Source of the DNA: the human T2T-CHM13v2.0 reference genome, Homo sapiens
DNA: 64,000 nt
Assembly (NCBI RefSeq): GCF_009914755.1
Contig: NC_060946.1
Reading direction: 5' to 3' (one strand)
Notes under the pieces: generated by a model
The model's input: the letters and a program-made list of their open reading frames with translations, nothing else
Told to the model about the DNA's origin: nothing
The model's database searches: none
Position numbers and translations under genes: made by a program
Part shown: in pieces, positions 44,901 to 58,386 of the stretch
Position numbering within the stretch: position 1 is the first letter of the stretch
Layout of the letters: every line of letters begins with the position of its first letter

Positions 44901-47900
44901 GTAGATTCTACAAAAAGAGTGTTTCAAAACTGCTCTGTAAAAAGAAAGGTTCAACTCTGTTAGTTGAGTACACACATCACAAACAAGTTTCACAGAATGC
45001 TTCTTTCTAGCTTGTAGGGGAACATATTCCCTTTATCACCATGGGCCTCAAACCGTCCGAAACGTCCACTTCCATATACTACAAAAAGAGCGTTTCAAAC
45101 CTGCTCTATGAAAGGCAATGTTCAACTCTGTGACTTGAATGCAGACATCACAGAGCAGTTTCTGAGAATGCTTCTGTCTAGATTTTATAGGAAGATATTC
45201 CCGTTTCCAACGAAATCTTCACAGCTATCCAAATATCCACTTGCAGATTCTACAAAAAGAGTGTATCAAAACTGCTCTGTCAAAAGGAAGGTTCTTCTCT
45301 GTTAGGTGAGTGCACACGTCATAAAGGAGTTTCTGAGAATGTTTCTGTCTAGTGGTTATGGGAAGATATTTGCTTTTTCACCGTAGGCCCCAGAGCACTC
45401 CAAATATCCACTTGCACATACTACAAAAAGAGTGCTTCAAAGCTGCTCTCTGAAACGGAATGTTCAACTCTATGAGTTGAATGCAATCATCACAAAGACG
45501 TTTCTGAGAATGCTTCTGTCTAGATTTGATATGAAGATATTCCCGTTTCCAACGAAATCTTCAAATCTATCCAAATGTCCACTTGCAGATTCAACAAAAA
45601 GTGTTTTTCAGAACTGCTCTATCAAAAGAAAGATCCACCTCTGTTAGCTGAGTTCACACATCACAAACAAGTTTATGAGAATGCTTCTGTCTAGTTTTTA
45701 TTTGAAGATATTTCCTTTCTCACCATAGACCTGAAAGCTGTCCTAATGTTCACTTCCAGATACTACAGAAAGAGTGTTTCAAAACTGCTGTACGAAAGGG
45801 AATGTTCAACTCTGTGACTTGAATGCACACATCACAAAGAAGTTTCTGAGGATGCTGCTGTCTACTTTTTATACGTAATCCCGTTTCCAACGAAATCCTC
45901 CAAGCTATCCAAATATCCACTTGCAGATTCCACAGAAAGACTGTTTCAAAACTGCTCTGTCAATAGAAAGGTTCAACTCTGTTAGCTGCGTGCATATATC
46001 CCAAAGAAGATTCTGAGATTGCTTCTGTCTAGTTTTTATGGGAAGATATTTCCCTTTTCACCGTAGGCGTCAATGCACTCCAAATGTCCACTTCCAGATA
46101 CGACAAAAAGAGTGTTTCAAACCTACTCTGTGAAAGGGAATATTCAACTCTGTGACTTGAATGCACATATCACAAAGAAGTTTCTGAGAATGCTTCTGTC
46201 GAGATTTTATATGAAGATATTCCCGTTTCCAACGAAATCCTGAAATCTATCCAAATATCCCCTCGCAGATTCTACAAAAAGAGTGTTTCAAAACTGCTCT
46301 GTAAAAAGAAAGGTTCAACTCTGTTAGTTGAGTACACACATCACAAACATGTTTCACAGAATGCTTCTTTCTAGCTTGTAGGGGAAGATATTCCCTTTAT
46401 CACCATGGGCCTCAAACCGTCCGAAACGTCCACTTCCATATACTACAAAAAGAGCGTTTCAAACCTGCTCTAGGAAAGGCAATGTTCAACTCTGTGACTT
46501 GAATGCAGACATCACAGAGCAGTTTCTGAGAATGCTTCTGTCTAGAATTTATAGGAAGATATTCCCGTTTCCAACGAAATCTTCACAGCTATCCAAATAT
46601 CCACTTGCAGATTCTACAAAAAGAGTGTGTCAAAACTGCTCTGTCAAAAGGAAGGTTCTTCTCTGTTAGTTGAGTACATACGTCATAAAGGAGTTTCTGA
46701 GAATGTTTCTGTCTAGTGGTTATGGGAAGATATTTGCTTTTTCACCGTAGGCCTCAGAGCGATCCAAATATCCACTTGCACATACTACAAAAAGAGTGCT
46801 TCAAAGCTGCTCTCTGAAACGGAATGTTCAACTCTATGAGTTGAATGCAAACATCACAAAGACGTTTCTGAGAATGCTTCTGTCTAGATTTGATATGAAG
46901 ATATTCCCGTTTCCAACGAAATCTTCAAATCTATCCAAATGTCCACTTGCAGATTCAACAAAAAGTGTTTTTAAAACTGCTGTATCAAAAGAAAGATTCA
47001 CGTCTGTTAGCTGAGTTCACACATCACAAACAAGTTTATGAGAATGCTTCTGTCTAGTTTTTATTTGAAGATATTTCCCTTCTCACCATAGACCTGCAAG
47101 CTGTCCTAATGTTCACTTCCAGATACTACAGAAAGAGTGTTTCAAAACTGCTGTACGAAAGGGAATGTTCAACTCTGTGACTTGAATGCACACATCACAA
47201 AGTAGTTTCTGAGGATGCTGCTGTGTACTTTTGATACGTAATCCCGTTTCCAACGAAATCCTCCAAGCTATCGAAATATCCACTTGCAGATTCCACAGAA
47301 CGACTGTTTCAAAACTGCTCTGTCAATAGAAATGTTCAACTCTGTTAGCTGCGTGCATATATCCCAAAGAAGATTCTGAGATTGCTTCTGTCTAGTTTTT
47401 ATGGGAAGATATTTCCCTTTTCACCGTAGGCGTCAAGGCGCTCCAAATGTCCACTTCCAGATACTACAAAAAGAGTGTTTCAAACCTACACTGTGAAAGG
47501 GAATATTCAACTCTGTGACTTGAATGCACATATCACAAAGAAGTTTCTGAGAATGCTTCTGTCGAGATTTTATATGAAGATATTCCCGTTTCCAACGAAA
47601 TCCTGAAATCTATCCAAATATCCCCTCGCAGATTCTACAAAAAGAGTGTTTCAAAACTGCTCTGTAAAAAGAAAGGTTCAACTCTGTTAGTTGAGTACAC
47701 ACATCACAAACAAGTTTCACAGAATGCTTCTTTCTAGCTTGTAGGGGAAGATATTCCCTTTATCACCATGGGCCTCAAACCGTCCGAAACGTCCACTTCC
47801 ATATACTACAAAAAGAGCGTTTCAAACATGCTCTATGAAAGGCAATGTTCAACTCTGTGACTTGAATGCAGACATCACAGAGCAGTTTCTGAGAATGCTT

Positions 47901-49900
47901 CTGTCTAGATTTTATAGGAAGATATTCCCGTTTCCAACGAAATCTTCACAGCTATCCAAATATCCACTTGCAGATTCTACAAAAAGAGTGTATCAAAACT
48001 GCTCTGTCAAAAGGAAGGTTCTTCTCTGTTAGGTGAGTGCATACGTCATAAAGGAGTTTCTGAGAATGTTTCTGTCTAGTGGTTATGGGAAGATATTTGC
48101 TTTTTCCCCGTAGGCCTCAGAGCGCTCCAAATATCCACTTGCACATACTACAAAAAGAGTGCTTCAAAGCTGCTCTCTGAAACGGAATGTTCAACTCTAT
48201 GAGTTGAATGCAAACATCACAAAGACGTTTCTGAGAATGCTTCTATCTAGATTTGATATGAAGATATTCCCGTTTCCAACGAAATCTTCAAATCTATCCA
48301 AATGTCCACTTGCAGATTCAACAAAAAGTGTTTTTCAAAACTGCTGTATCAAAAGAAAGATCCACGTCTGTTAGCTGAGTTCACATATCACAAACAATTT
48401 TATGAGAATGCTTCTGTCTAGTTTTTATTTGAAGATATTTCCTTTCTCACCATAGACCTGAAAGCTGTCCTAATGTTCACTTCCAGATACTACAGAAAGA
48501 GTGTTTCAAAACTGCTGTACGAAAGGGAATGTTCAACTCTGTGACTTGAATGCACACATCACAAAGAAGTTTCTGAGGATGCGGCTGTCTACTTTTTATA
48601 CGTAATCCCGTTTCCAACGAAATCCTCCAAGCTATCCAAATATCCACTTGCAGATTCCACAGAAAGACTGTTTCAAAACTGCTCTGTCAATAGAAAGGTT
48701 CAACTCTGTTAGCTGCGTGCATATATCCCAAAGAAGATTCTGAGATTGCTTCTGTCTAGTTTTTATGGGAAGATATTTCCCTTTTCACCGTAGGCGTCAA
48801 GGCGCTCCAAATGTCCACTTCCAGATACTACAAAAAGAGTGTTTCAAACCTACTCGGTGAAAGGGAATATTCAACTCTGTGACTTGAATGCACATATCAC
48901 AAAGAAGTTTCTGAGAATGCTTCTGTCGAGATTTTATATGAAGATATTCCCGTTTCCAACGAAATCCTGAAATCTATCCAAATATCCCCTCGTAGATTCT
49001 ACAAAAAGAGTGTTTCAAAACTGCTCTGTAAAAAGAAAGGTTCAACTCTGTTAGTTGAGTACACACATCACAAACAAGTTTCACAGAATGCTTCTTTCTA
49101 GCTTGTAGGGGAAGATATTCCCTTTATCACCATGGGCCTCAAACCGTCCGAAACGTCCACTTCCATATACTACAAAAAGAGCGTTTCAAACCTGCTCTAT
49201 GAAAGGCAATGTTCAACTCTGTGACTTGAATGCAGACATCACAGAGCAGTTTCTGAGAATGCTTCTGTCTAGATTTTATAGGAAGATATTCCCGTTTCCA
49301 ACGAAATCTTCATAGCTATCCAAATATCCACTTGCAGATTCTACAAAAAGAGTGTATCAAAACTGCTCTGTCAAAAGGAAGGTTCTTCTCTGTTAGGTGA
49401 GTGCACACGTCATAAAGGAGTTTCTGAGAATGTTTCTGTCTAGTGGTTATGGGAAGATATTTGCTTTTTCACCGTAGGCCCCAGAGCACTCCAAATATCC
49501 ACTTGCACATACTACAAAAAGAGTGCTTCAAAGCTGCTCTCTGAAACGGAATGTTCAACTCTATGAGTTGAATGCAATCATCACAAAGACGTTTCTGAGA
49601 ATGCTTCTGTCTAGATTTGATATGAAGATATTCCCGTTTCCAACGAAATCTTCAAATCTATCCAAATGTCCACTTGCAGATTCAACAAAAAGTGTTTTTC
49701 AGAACTGCTCTATCAAAAGAAAGATCCACCTCTGTTAGCTGAGTTCACACATCACAAACAAGTTTATGAGAATGCTTCTGTCTAGTTTTTATTTGAAGAT
49801 ATTTCCTTTCTCACCATAGACCTGAAAGCTGTCCTAATGTTCACTTCCAGATACTACAGAAAGAGTGTTTCAAAACTGCTGTACGAAAGGGAATGTTCAA
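41950..49900. repeat. Tandem duplication of a 3-HOR block, period 4,091 bp (ends approximate)
   Basis: Landmark pairs 42705/46796, 44068/48159 and 45432/49523. Shared 1-bp deletion at ~42880/~46971 and shared CAATGCACT, GATACGAC, CCTGCAAG, TACTCGGTG, GGCCCCAGAGCACT and GCAATCATC variants. Confidence 0.92.
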
Positions 49901-52900
49901 CACTGTGACTTGAAAGCACACATCACAAAGAAGTTTCTGAGGATGCTGCTGTCTACTTTTTATACGTAATCCCGTTTCCAACGAAATCCTCCAAGCTATC
50001 CAAATATCCACTTGCAGGTTCCACAGAAAGACTGTTTCAAAACTGCTCTGTCAATAGAAAGGTTCAACTCTGTTAGCTGCGTGCATATATCCCAAAGAAG
50101 ATTCTGAGATTGCTTCTGTCTAGTTTTTATGGGAAGATATTTCCCTTTTCACCGTAGGCGTCAAGGCGCTCCAAATGTCCACTTCCAGATACTACAAAAA
50201 GAGTGTTTCAAACCTACTCTGTGAAAGGGAGTATTCAACTCTGTGACTTGAATACACATATTCCAAAGAAGTTTCTGAGAATGCTTCTGTCGAGATTTTA
50301 TATGAAGATATTCCCGTTTCCAACGAAATCCTGAAATCTATCCAAATATCCCCTCGCAGATTCTACAAAAAGAGTGTTTCAAAACTGCTCTGTAAAAAGA
50401 AAGGTTCAACTCTGTTAGTTGAGTACACACATCACAAACAAGTTTCACAGAATGCTTCTTTCTAGCTTGTAGGGGAAGATATTCCCTTTATCACCATGGG
50501 CCTCAAACCGTCCGAAACGTCTACTTCCATATACTACAAAAAGAGCGTTTCAAACCTGCTCTAGGAAAGGCAATGTTCAACTCTGTGACTTGAATGCAGA
50601 CATCACAGAGCAGTTTCTGAGAATGCTTCTGTCTAGATTTTATAGGAAGATATTCCCGTTTCCAACGAAATCTTCACAGCTATCCAAATATCCACTTGCA
50701 GATTCTACAAAAAGAGTGTATCAAAAATGCTCTGTCAAAAGGAAGGTTCTTCTCTGTTAGGTGAGTGCACACGTCATAAAGGAGTTTCTGAGAATGTTTC
50801 TGTCTAGTGGTTATGGGAAGATATTTGGTTTTTCACCTTAGGCCTCAGAGCGCTCCAAATATCCCCTTGCACATACTACAAAAAGAGTGCTTCAAAGCTG
50901 CTCTCTGAAACGGAATGTTTAACTCTATGAGTTGAATGCAAACATCACAAAGACGTTTCTGAGAATGCTTCTGTCTAGATTTGATATGAAGATATTCCCG
51001 TTTCCAAGGAAATCTTCAAAACTATCCAAATGTCCACTTGCAGATTCAACAAAAAGTGTTTTTCAGAACTGCTCTATCAAAAGAAAGATCCACCGCTGTT
51101 TGCTGAGTTCACACATCACAAACAAGTTTATGAGAATGCTTCTGTCTAGTTTTTATTTGAAGATATTTCCTTTCTCACCATAGAGCTGAAAGCTGTCCTA
51201 ATGTTCACTTCCAGATACTACAGAAAGAGTGTTTCAAAACTGCTGTACGAAAGGGAATGTTCAACTCTGTGACTTGAATGCACACATCACAAAGAAGTTT
51301 CTGAGGATGCTGCTGTCTACTTTTTATACGTAATCCCGTTTCCAACGAAATCCTCCAAGCTATCCAAATATCCACTTGCAGATTCCACAGAAAGACTGTT
51401 TCAAAACTGCTCTGTCAATAGAAAGGTTCAACTCTGTTAGCTGCGTGCATATATCCCAAAGAAGATTCTGAGATTCCTTCTGTCTAGTTTTTAAGGGAAG
51501 ATATTTCCCTTTTCTCCGTAGCAGTCAAGGCGCTCCAAATGTCCACTTCCAGATACTACAAAAAGAGTGTTTCAAACCTACTCTGTGAAAGGGAATATTC
51601 AACTCTGTGACTTGAATGCAGATATCACAAAGAAGTTTCTGAGAAAGCTTCTGTCGAGATTTAATATGAAGATATTCCCGTTTCCAAGGAAATCCTGAAA
51701 TCTATCCAAATATCCCCTCGCAGATTCTACAAAAAGAGTGTTTCAAAACTGCTCTGTAAAAAGAAAGGTTCAACTCTGTTAGTTGAGTACACACATCACA
51801 AACAAGTTTCACAGAATGCTTCTTTCTAGCTTGTAGGGGAAGATATTCCCTTTATCACCATGGGCCTCAAACCGTCCGAAACGTCTACTTCCATATACTA
51901 CAAAAAGAGCGTTTCAAACCTGCTCTATGAAAGGCAATGTTCAACTCTGTGACTTGAATGCAGACATCACAGAGCAGTTTCTGAGAATGCTTCTGTCTAG
52001 ATTTTATAGGAAGATATTCCCGTTTCCAACGAAATCTTCACAGCTATCCAAATATCCACTTGCAGATTCTACAAAAAGAGTGTATCAAAACTGCTCTGTC
52101 AAAAGGAAGGTTCTTCTCTGTTAGGTGAGTGCACACGTCATAAAGGAGTTTCTGAGAATGTTTCTGTCTAGTGGTTATGGGAAGATATTTGCTTTTTCAC
52201 CGTAGGCCTCAGAGCGCTCCAAATATCCACTTGCACATACTACAAAAAGAGTGCTTCAAAGCTGCTCTCTGAAACGGAATGTTCAACTCTATGAGTTGAA
52301 TGCAAACATCACAAAGACGTTTCTGAGAATGCTTCTGTCTAGATTTGATATGAAGATATTCCCGTTTCCAACGAAATCTTCAAATCTATCCAAATGTCCA
52401 CTTGCAGATTCAACAAAAAGTGTTTTTCAGAACTGCTCTATCAAAAGAAAGACCCATCTCTGTTAGCTGAGTTCACACATCACAAACAAGTTTATGAGAA
52501 TGCTTCTGTCTAGTTTTTATTTGAAGATATTTCCTTTCTCACCATAGACCTGAAAGCTGTCCTAATGTTCACTTCCAGATACTACAGAAAGAGTGTTTCA
52601 AAACTGCTGTACAAAAGGGAATGTTCAACACTGTGACTTGAATGCACACATCACAAAGAAGTTTCTGAGGATGCTGCTGTCTACTTTTTATACGTAATCC
52701 CGTTTCCAACGAAATCCTCCAAGCTATCCAAATATCCACTTGCAGATTCCACAGAAAGACTGTTTCAAAACTGCTCTGTCAATAGAAAGGTTCAACTCTG
52801 TTAGCTGCGTGCATATATCCCAAAGAAGATTCTGAGATTGCTTCTGTCTAGTTTTTATGGGAAGATATTTCCCTTTTCACCGTAGGCGTCAAGGCGCTCC

Positions 52901-54978
52901 AAATGTCCACTTCCAGATACTACAAAAAGAGTGTTTCAAACCTACTCTGTGAAAGGGAGTATTCAACTCTGTGACTTGAATACACATATCACAAAGAAGT
53001 TTCTGAGAATGCTTCTGTCGAGATTTTATATGAAGATATTCCCGTTTCCAACGAAATCCTGAAATCTATCCAAATATCCCCTCGCAGATTCTACAAAAAG
53101 AGTGTTTCAAAACTGCTCTGTAAAAAGAAAGGTTCAACTCTGTTAGTTGAGTACACACATCACAAACAAGTTTCACAGAATGCTTCTTTCTAGCTTGTAG
53201 GGGAAGATATTCCCTTTATCACCATGGGCCTCAAACCGTCCGAAACGTCTACTTCCATATACTACAAAAAGAGCGTTTCCAACCTGCTCTATGAAAGGCA
53301 ATGTTCAACTCTGTGACTTGAATGCAGACATCACAGAGCAGTTTCTGAGAATGCTTCTGTCTAGATTTTATAGGAAGATATTCCCGTTTCCAACGAAATC
53401 TTCACAGCTATCCAAATATCCACTTGCAGATTCTACAAAAAGAGTGTATCAAAACTGCTCTGTCAAAAGGAAGGTTCTTCTCTGTTAGGTGAGTGCACAC
53501 GTCATAAAGGAGTTTCTGAGAATGTTTCTGTCTAGTGGTTATGGGAAGATATTTGCTTTTTCACCGTAGGCCTCAGAGCGCTCCAAATATCCACTTGCAC
53601 ATACTACAAAAAGAGTGCTTCAAAGCTGCTCTCTGAAACGGAATGTTCAACTCTATGAGTTGAATGCAAACATCACAAAGACGTTTCCGTGAATGCTTCT
53701 GTCTAGATTTGATATGAAGATATTCCCGTTTCCAATGAAATCTTCAAATCTATCCAAATGTCCACTTGCAGATTCAACAAAAAGTGTTTTTCAGAACTGC
53801 TCTATCAAAAGAAAGATCCACCTCTGTTAGCTGAGTTCACACATCACAAACAAGTTTATGAGAATGCTTCTGTCTAGTTTTTATTTGAAGATATTTCCTT
53901 TCTCACCATAGTCCTGAAAGCTGTCCTAATGTTCACTTAAAGATACTACAGAAAGAGTGTTTCAAAACTGCTGTACGAAAGGGAATGTTCAACACTGTGA
54001 CTTGAATGCACACATCACAAAGAAGATTCTGAGGATGCTGCTGTCTACTTTTTATACGTAATCCCGTTTCCAACGAAATCCTCCAAGCTATCCAAATATC
54101 CACTTGCAGATTCCACAGAAAGACTGTTTCAAAACTGCTCTGTCAATAGAAAGGTTCAACTCTGTTAGCTGCGTGCATATATCCCAAAGAAGATTATGAG
54201 ATTACTTCTGTCTAGTTTTTATGGGAAGATATTTCCCTTTTCACCGTAGGCGTCAAGGCGCTCCAAATGTCCACTTCCAGATACTACAAAAAGAGTGTTT
54301 CAAACCTACTCTGTGAAAGGGAGTATTCAACTCTGTGACTTGAATACACATATCACAAAGAAGTTTCTGAGAATGCTTCTGTCGAGATTTTATATGAAGA
54401 TATTCCCGTTTCCAACGAAATCCTGAAATCTATCCAAATATCCCCTCGCAGATTCTACAAAAAGAGTGTTTCAAAACTGCTCTGTAAAAAGAAAGGTTCA
54501 ACTCTGTTAGTTGAGTACACACATCACAAACAAGTTTCACAGAATGCTTCTTTCTAGCTTGTAGGGGAAGATATTCCCTTTATCACCATGGGCCTCAAAC
54601 CGTCCGAAACGTCCACTTCCATATACTACAAAAAGAGCGTTTCAAACCTGCTCTATGAAAGGCAATGTTCAACTCTGTGACTTGAATGCAGACATCACAG
54701 AGCAGTTTCTGAGAATGCTTCTGTCTAGATTTTATAGGAAGATATTCCCGTTTCCAACGAAATCTTCACAGCTATCCAAATATCCACTTGCAGATTCTAC
54801 AAAAAGAGTGTATCAAAACTGCTCTCTCAAAAGGAAGGTTCTTCTCTGTTAGGTGAGTGCATACGTCATAAAGGAGTTTCTGAGAATGTTTCTGTCTAGT
54901 GGTTATGGGAAGATATTTGCTTTTTCACCGTAGGCCTCAGAGCGCTCCAAATATCCACTTGCACATGCTACAAAAAGA

Positions 54979-56000
54979 GTGCTTCAAAGCTGCTCTCTGA
55001 AACGGAATGTTCAACTCTATGAGTTGAATGCAAACATCACAAAGACGTTTCTGAGAATGCTTCTGTCTAGATTTGATATGAAGATATTCCCGTTTCCACC
55101 GAAATCTTCAAATCTATCCAAATGTCCACTTGCAGATTCAACAAAAAGTGTTTTTCAGAACTGCTCTATCAAAAGAAAGATCCACCTCTGTTAGCTGAGT
55201 TCACACATCACAAACAAGTTTATGAGAATGCTTCTGTCTAGTTTTTATTTGAAGATATTTCCTTTCTCACCATAGACCTGAAAGCTGTCCTAATGTTCAC
55301 TTCCAGATACTACAGAAAGAGTGTTTCAAAACTGCTGTACGAAAGGGAATGTTCAACACTGTGACTTGAATGCACACATCACAAAGAAGTTTCTGAGGAT
55401 GCTGCTGTCCACTTTTTATACGTAATCCTGTTTCCAACGAAATCCTCCAAGCTATCCAAATATCCACTTGCAGATTCCACAGAAAGACTGTTTCAAAACT
55501 GCTCTGTCAATAGAAAGGTTCAACTCTGTTAGCTGCGTGCATATATCCCAAAGAAGATTCTGAGATTACTTCTGTCTAGTTTTTATGGGAAGATATTTCC
55601 CTTTTCACCGTAGGCGTCAAGGCGCTCCAAATGTCCACTTCCAGATACTACAAAAAGAGTGTTTCAAACCTACTCTGTGAAAGGGAGTATTCAACTCTGT
55701 GACTTGAATACACATATCACAAAGAAGTTTCTGAGAATGCTTCTGTCGAGATTTTATATGAAGATATTCCCGTTTCCAACGAAATCCTGAAATCTATCCA
55801 AATATCCCCTCGCAGATTCTACAAAAAGAGTGTATCAAAACTGCTCTGTCAAAAGGAAGGTTCTTCTCTGTTAGGTGAGTGCACACGTCATAAAGGAGTT
55901 TCTGAGAATGTTTCTGTCTAGTGGTTATGGGAAGATATTTGCTTTTTCACCGTAGGCCTCAGAGCGCTCCAAATATCCACTTGCACATACTACAAAAAGA
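54979..56000 (-). repeat. 6-monomer HOR structural variant (1,022 bp)
   Basis: Landmark spacing 54979 to 56001 is 1,364 minus 342. A hybrid monomer is joined at 55812-55833. Confidence 0.95.
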
Positions 56001-57364
56001 GTGCTTCAAAGCTGCTCTCTGAAACGGAATGTTCAACTCTATGAGTTGAATGCAAACATCACAAAGACGTTTCCGTGAATGCTTCTGTCTAGATTTGATA
56101 TGAAGATATTCCCGTTTCCAACGAAATCTTCAAATCTATCCAAATGTCCACTTGCAGATTCAACAAAAAGTGTTTTTCAGAACTGCTCTATCAAAAGAAA
56201 GATCCACCTCTGTTAGCTGAGTTCACACATCACAAACAAGTTTATGAGAATGCTTCTGTCTAGTTTTTATTTGAAGATATTTCCTTTCTCACCATAGTCC
56301 TGAAAGCTGTCCTAATGTTCACTTAAAGATACTACAGAAAGAGTGTTTCAAAACTGCTGTACGAAAGGGAATGTTCAACACTGTGACTTGAATGCACACA
56401 TCACAAAGAAGATTCTGAGGATGCTGCTGTCTACTTTTTATACGTAATCCTGTTTCCAACGAAATCCTCCAAGCTATCCAAATATCCACTTGCAGATTCC
56501 ACAGAAAGACTGTTTCAAAACTGCTCTGTCAATAGAAAGGTTCAACTCTGTTAGCTGCGTGCATATATCCCAAAGAAGATTATGAGATTACTTCTGTCTA
56601 GTTTTTATGGGAAGATATTTCCCTTTTCACCGTAGGCGTCAAGGCGCTCCAAATGTCCACTTCCAGATACTACAAAAAGAGTGTTTCAAACCTACTCTGT
56701 GAAAGGGAGTATTCAACTCTGTGACTTGAATACACATATCACAAAGAAGTTTCTGAGAATGCTTCTGTCGAGATTTTATATGAAGATATTCCCGTTTCCA
56801 ACGAAATCCTGAAATCTATCCAAATATCCCCTCGCAGATTCTACAAAAAGAGTGTTTCAAAACTGCTCTGTAAAAAGAAAGGTTCAACTCTGTTAGTTGA
56901 GTACACACATCACAAACAAGTTTCACAGAATGCTTCTTTCTAGCTTGTAGGGGAAGATATTCCCTTTATCACCATGGGCCTCAAACCGTCCGAAACGTCC
57001 ACTTCCATATACTACAAAAAGAGCGTTTCAAACCTGCTCTATGAAAGGCAATGTTCAACTCTGTGACTTGAATGCAGACATCACAGAGCAGTTTCTGAGA
57101 ATGCTTCTGTCTAGATTTTATAGGAAGATATTCCCGTTTCCAACGAAATCTTCACAGCTATCCAAATATCCACTTGCAGATTCTACAAAAAGAGTGTATC
57201 AAAACTGCTCTCTCAAAAGGAAGGTTCTTCTCTGTTAGGTGAGTGCATACGTCATAAAGGAGTTTCTGAGAATGTTTCTGTCTAGTGGTTATGGGAAGAT
57301 ATTTGCTTTTTCACCGTAGGCCTCAGAGCGCTCCAAATATCCACTTGCACATGCTACAAAAAGA

Positions 57365-58386
57365 GTGCTTCAAAGCTGCTCTCTGAAACGGAATGTTCAA
57401 CTCTATGAGTTGAATGCAAACATCACAAAGACGTTTCTGAGAATGCTTCTGTCTAGATTTGATATGAAGATATTCCCGTTTCCACCGAAATCTTCAAATC
57501 TATCCAAATGTCCACTTGCAGATTCAACAAAAAGTGTTTTTCAGAACTGCTCTATCAAAAGAAAGATCCACCTCTGTTAGCTGAGTTCACACATCACAAA
57601 CAAGTTTATGAGAATGCTTCTGTCTAGTTTTTATTTGAAGATATTTCCTTTCTCACCATAGACCTGAAAGCTGTCCTAATGTTCACTTCCAGATACTACA
57701 GAAAGAGTGTTTCAAAACTGCTGTACGAAAGGGAATGTTCAACACTGTGACTTGAATGCACACATCACAAAGAAGTTTCTGAGGATGCTGCTGTCCACTT
57801 TTTATACGTAATCCCGTTTCCAACGAAATCCTCCAAGCTATCCAAATATCCACTTGCAGATTCCACAGAAAGACTGTTTCAAAACTGCTCTGTCAATAGA
57901 AAGGTTCAACTCTGTTAGCTGCGTGCATATATCCCAAAGAAGATTCTGAGATTACTTCTGTCTAGTTTTTATGGGAAGATATTTCCCTTTTCACCGTAGG
58001 CGTCAAGGCGCTCCAAATGTCCACTTCCAGATACTACAAAAAGAGTGTTTCAAACCTACTCTGTGAAAGGGAGTATTCAACTCTGTGACTTGAATACACA
58101 TATCACAAAGAAGTTTCTGAGAATGCTTCTGTCGAGATTTTATATGAAGATATTCCCGTTTCCAACGAAATCCTGAAATCTATCCAAATATCCCCTCGCA
58201 GATTCTACAAAAAGAGTGTATCAAAACTGCTCTGTCAAAAGGAAGGTTCTTCTCTGTTAGGTGAGTGCACACGTCATAAAGGAGTTTCTGAGAATGTTTC
58301 TGTCTAGTGGTTATGGGAAGATATTTGCTTTTTCACCGTAGGCCTCAGAGCGCTCCAAATATCCACTTGCACATACTACAAAAAGA
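57365..58386 (-). repeat. 6-monomer HOR structural variant (1,022 bp), second copy
   Basis: Landmark spacing 57365 to 58387 is 1,022 bp, with an identical hybrid junction at 58198-58219. Confidence 0.95.
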
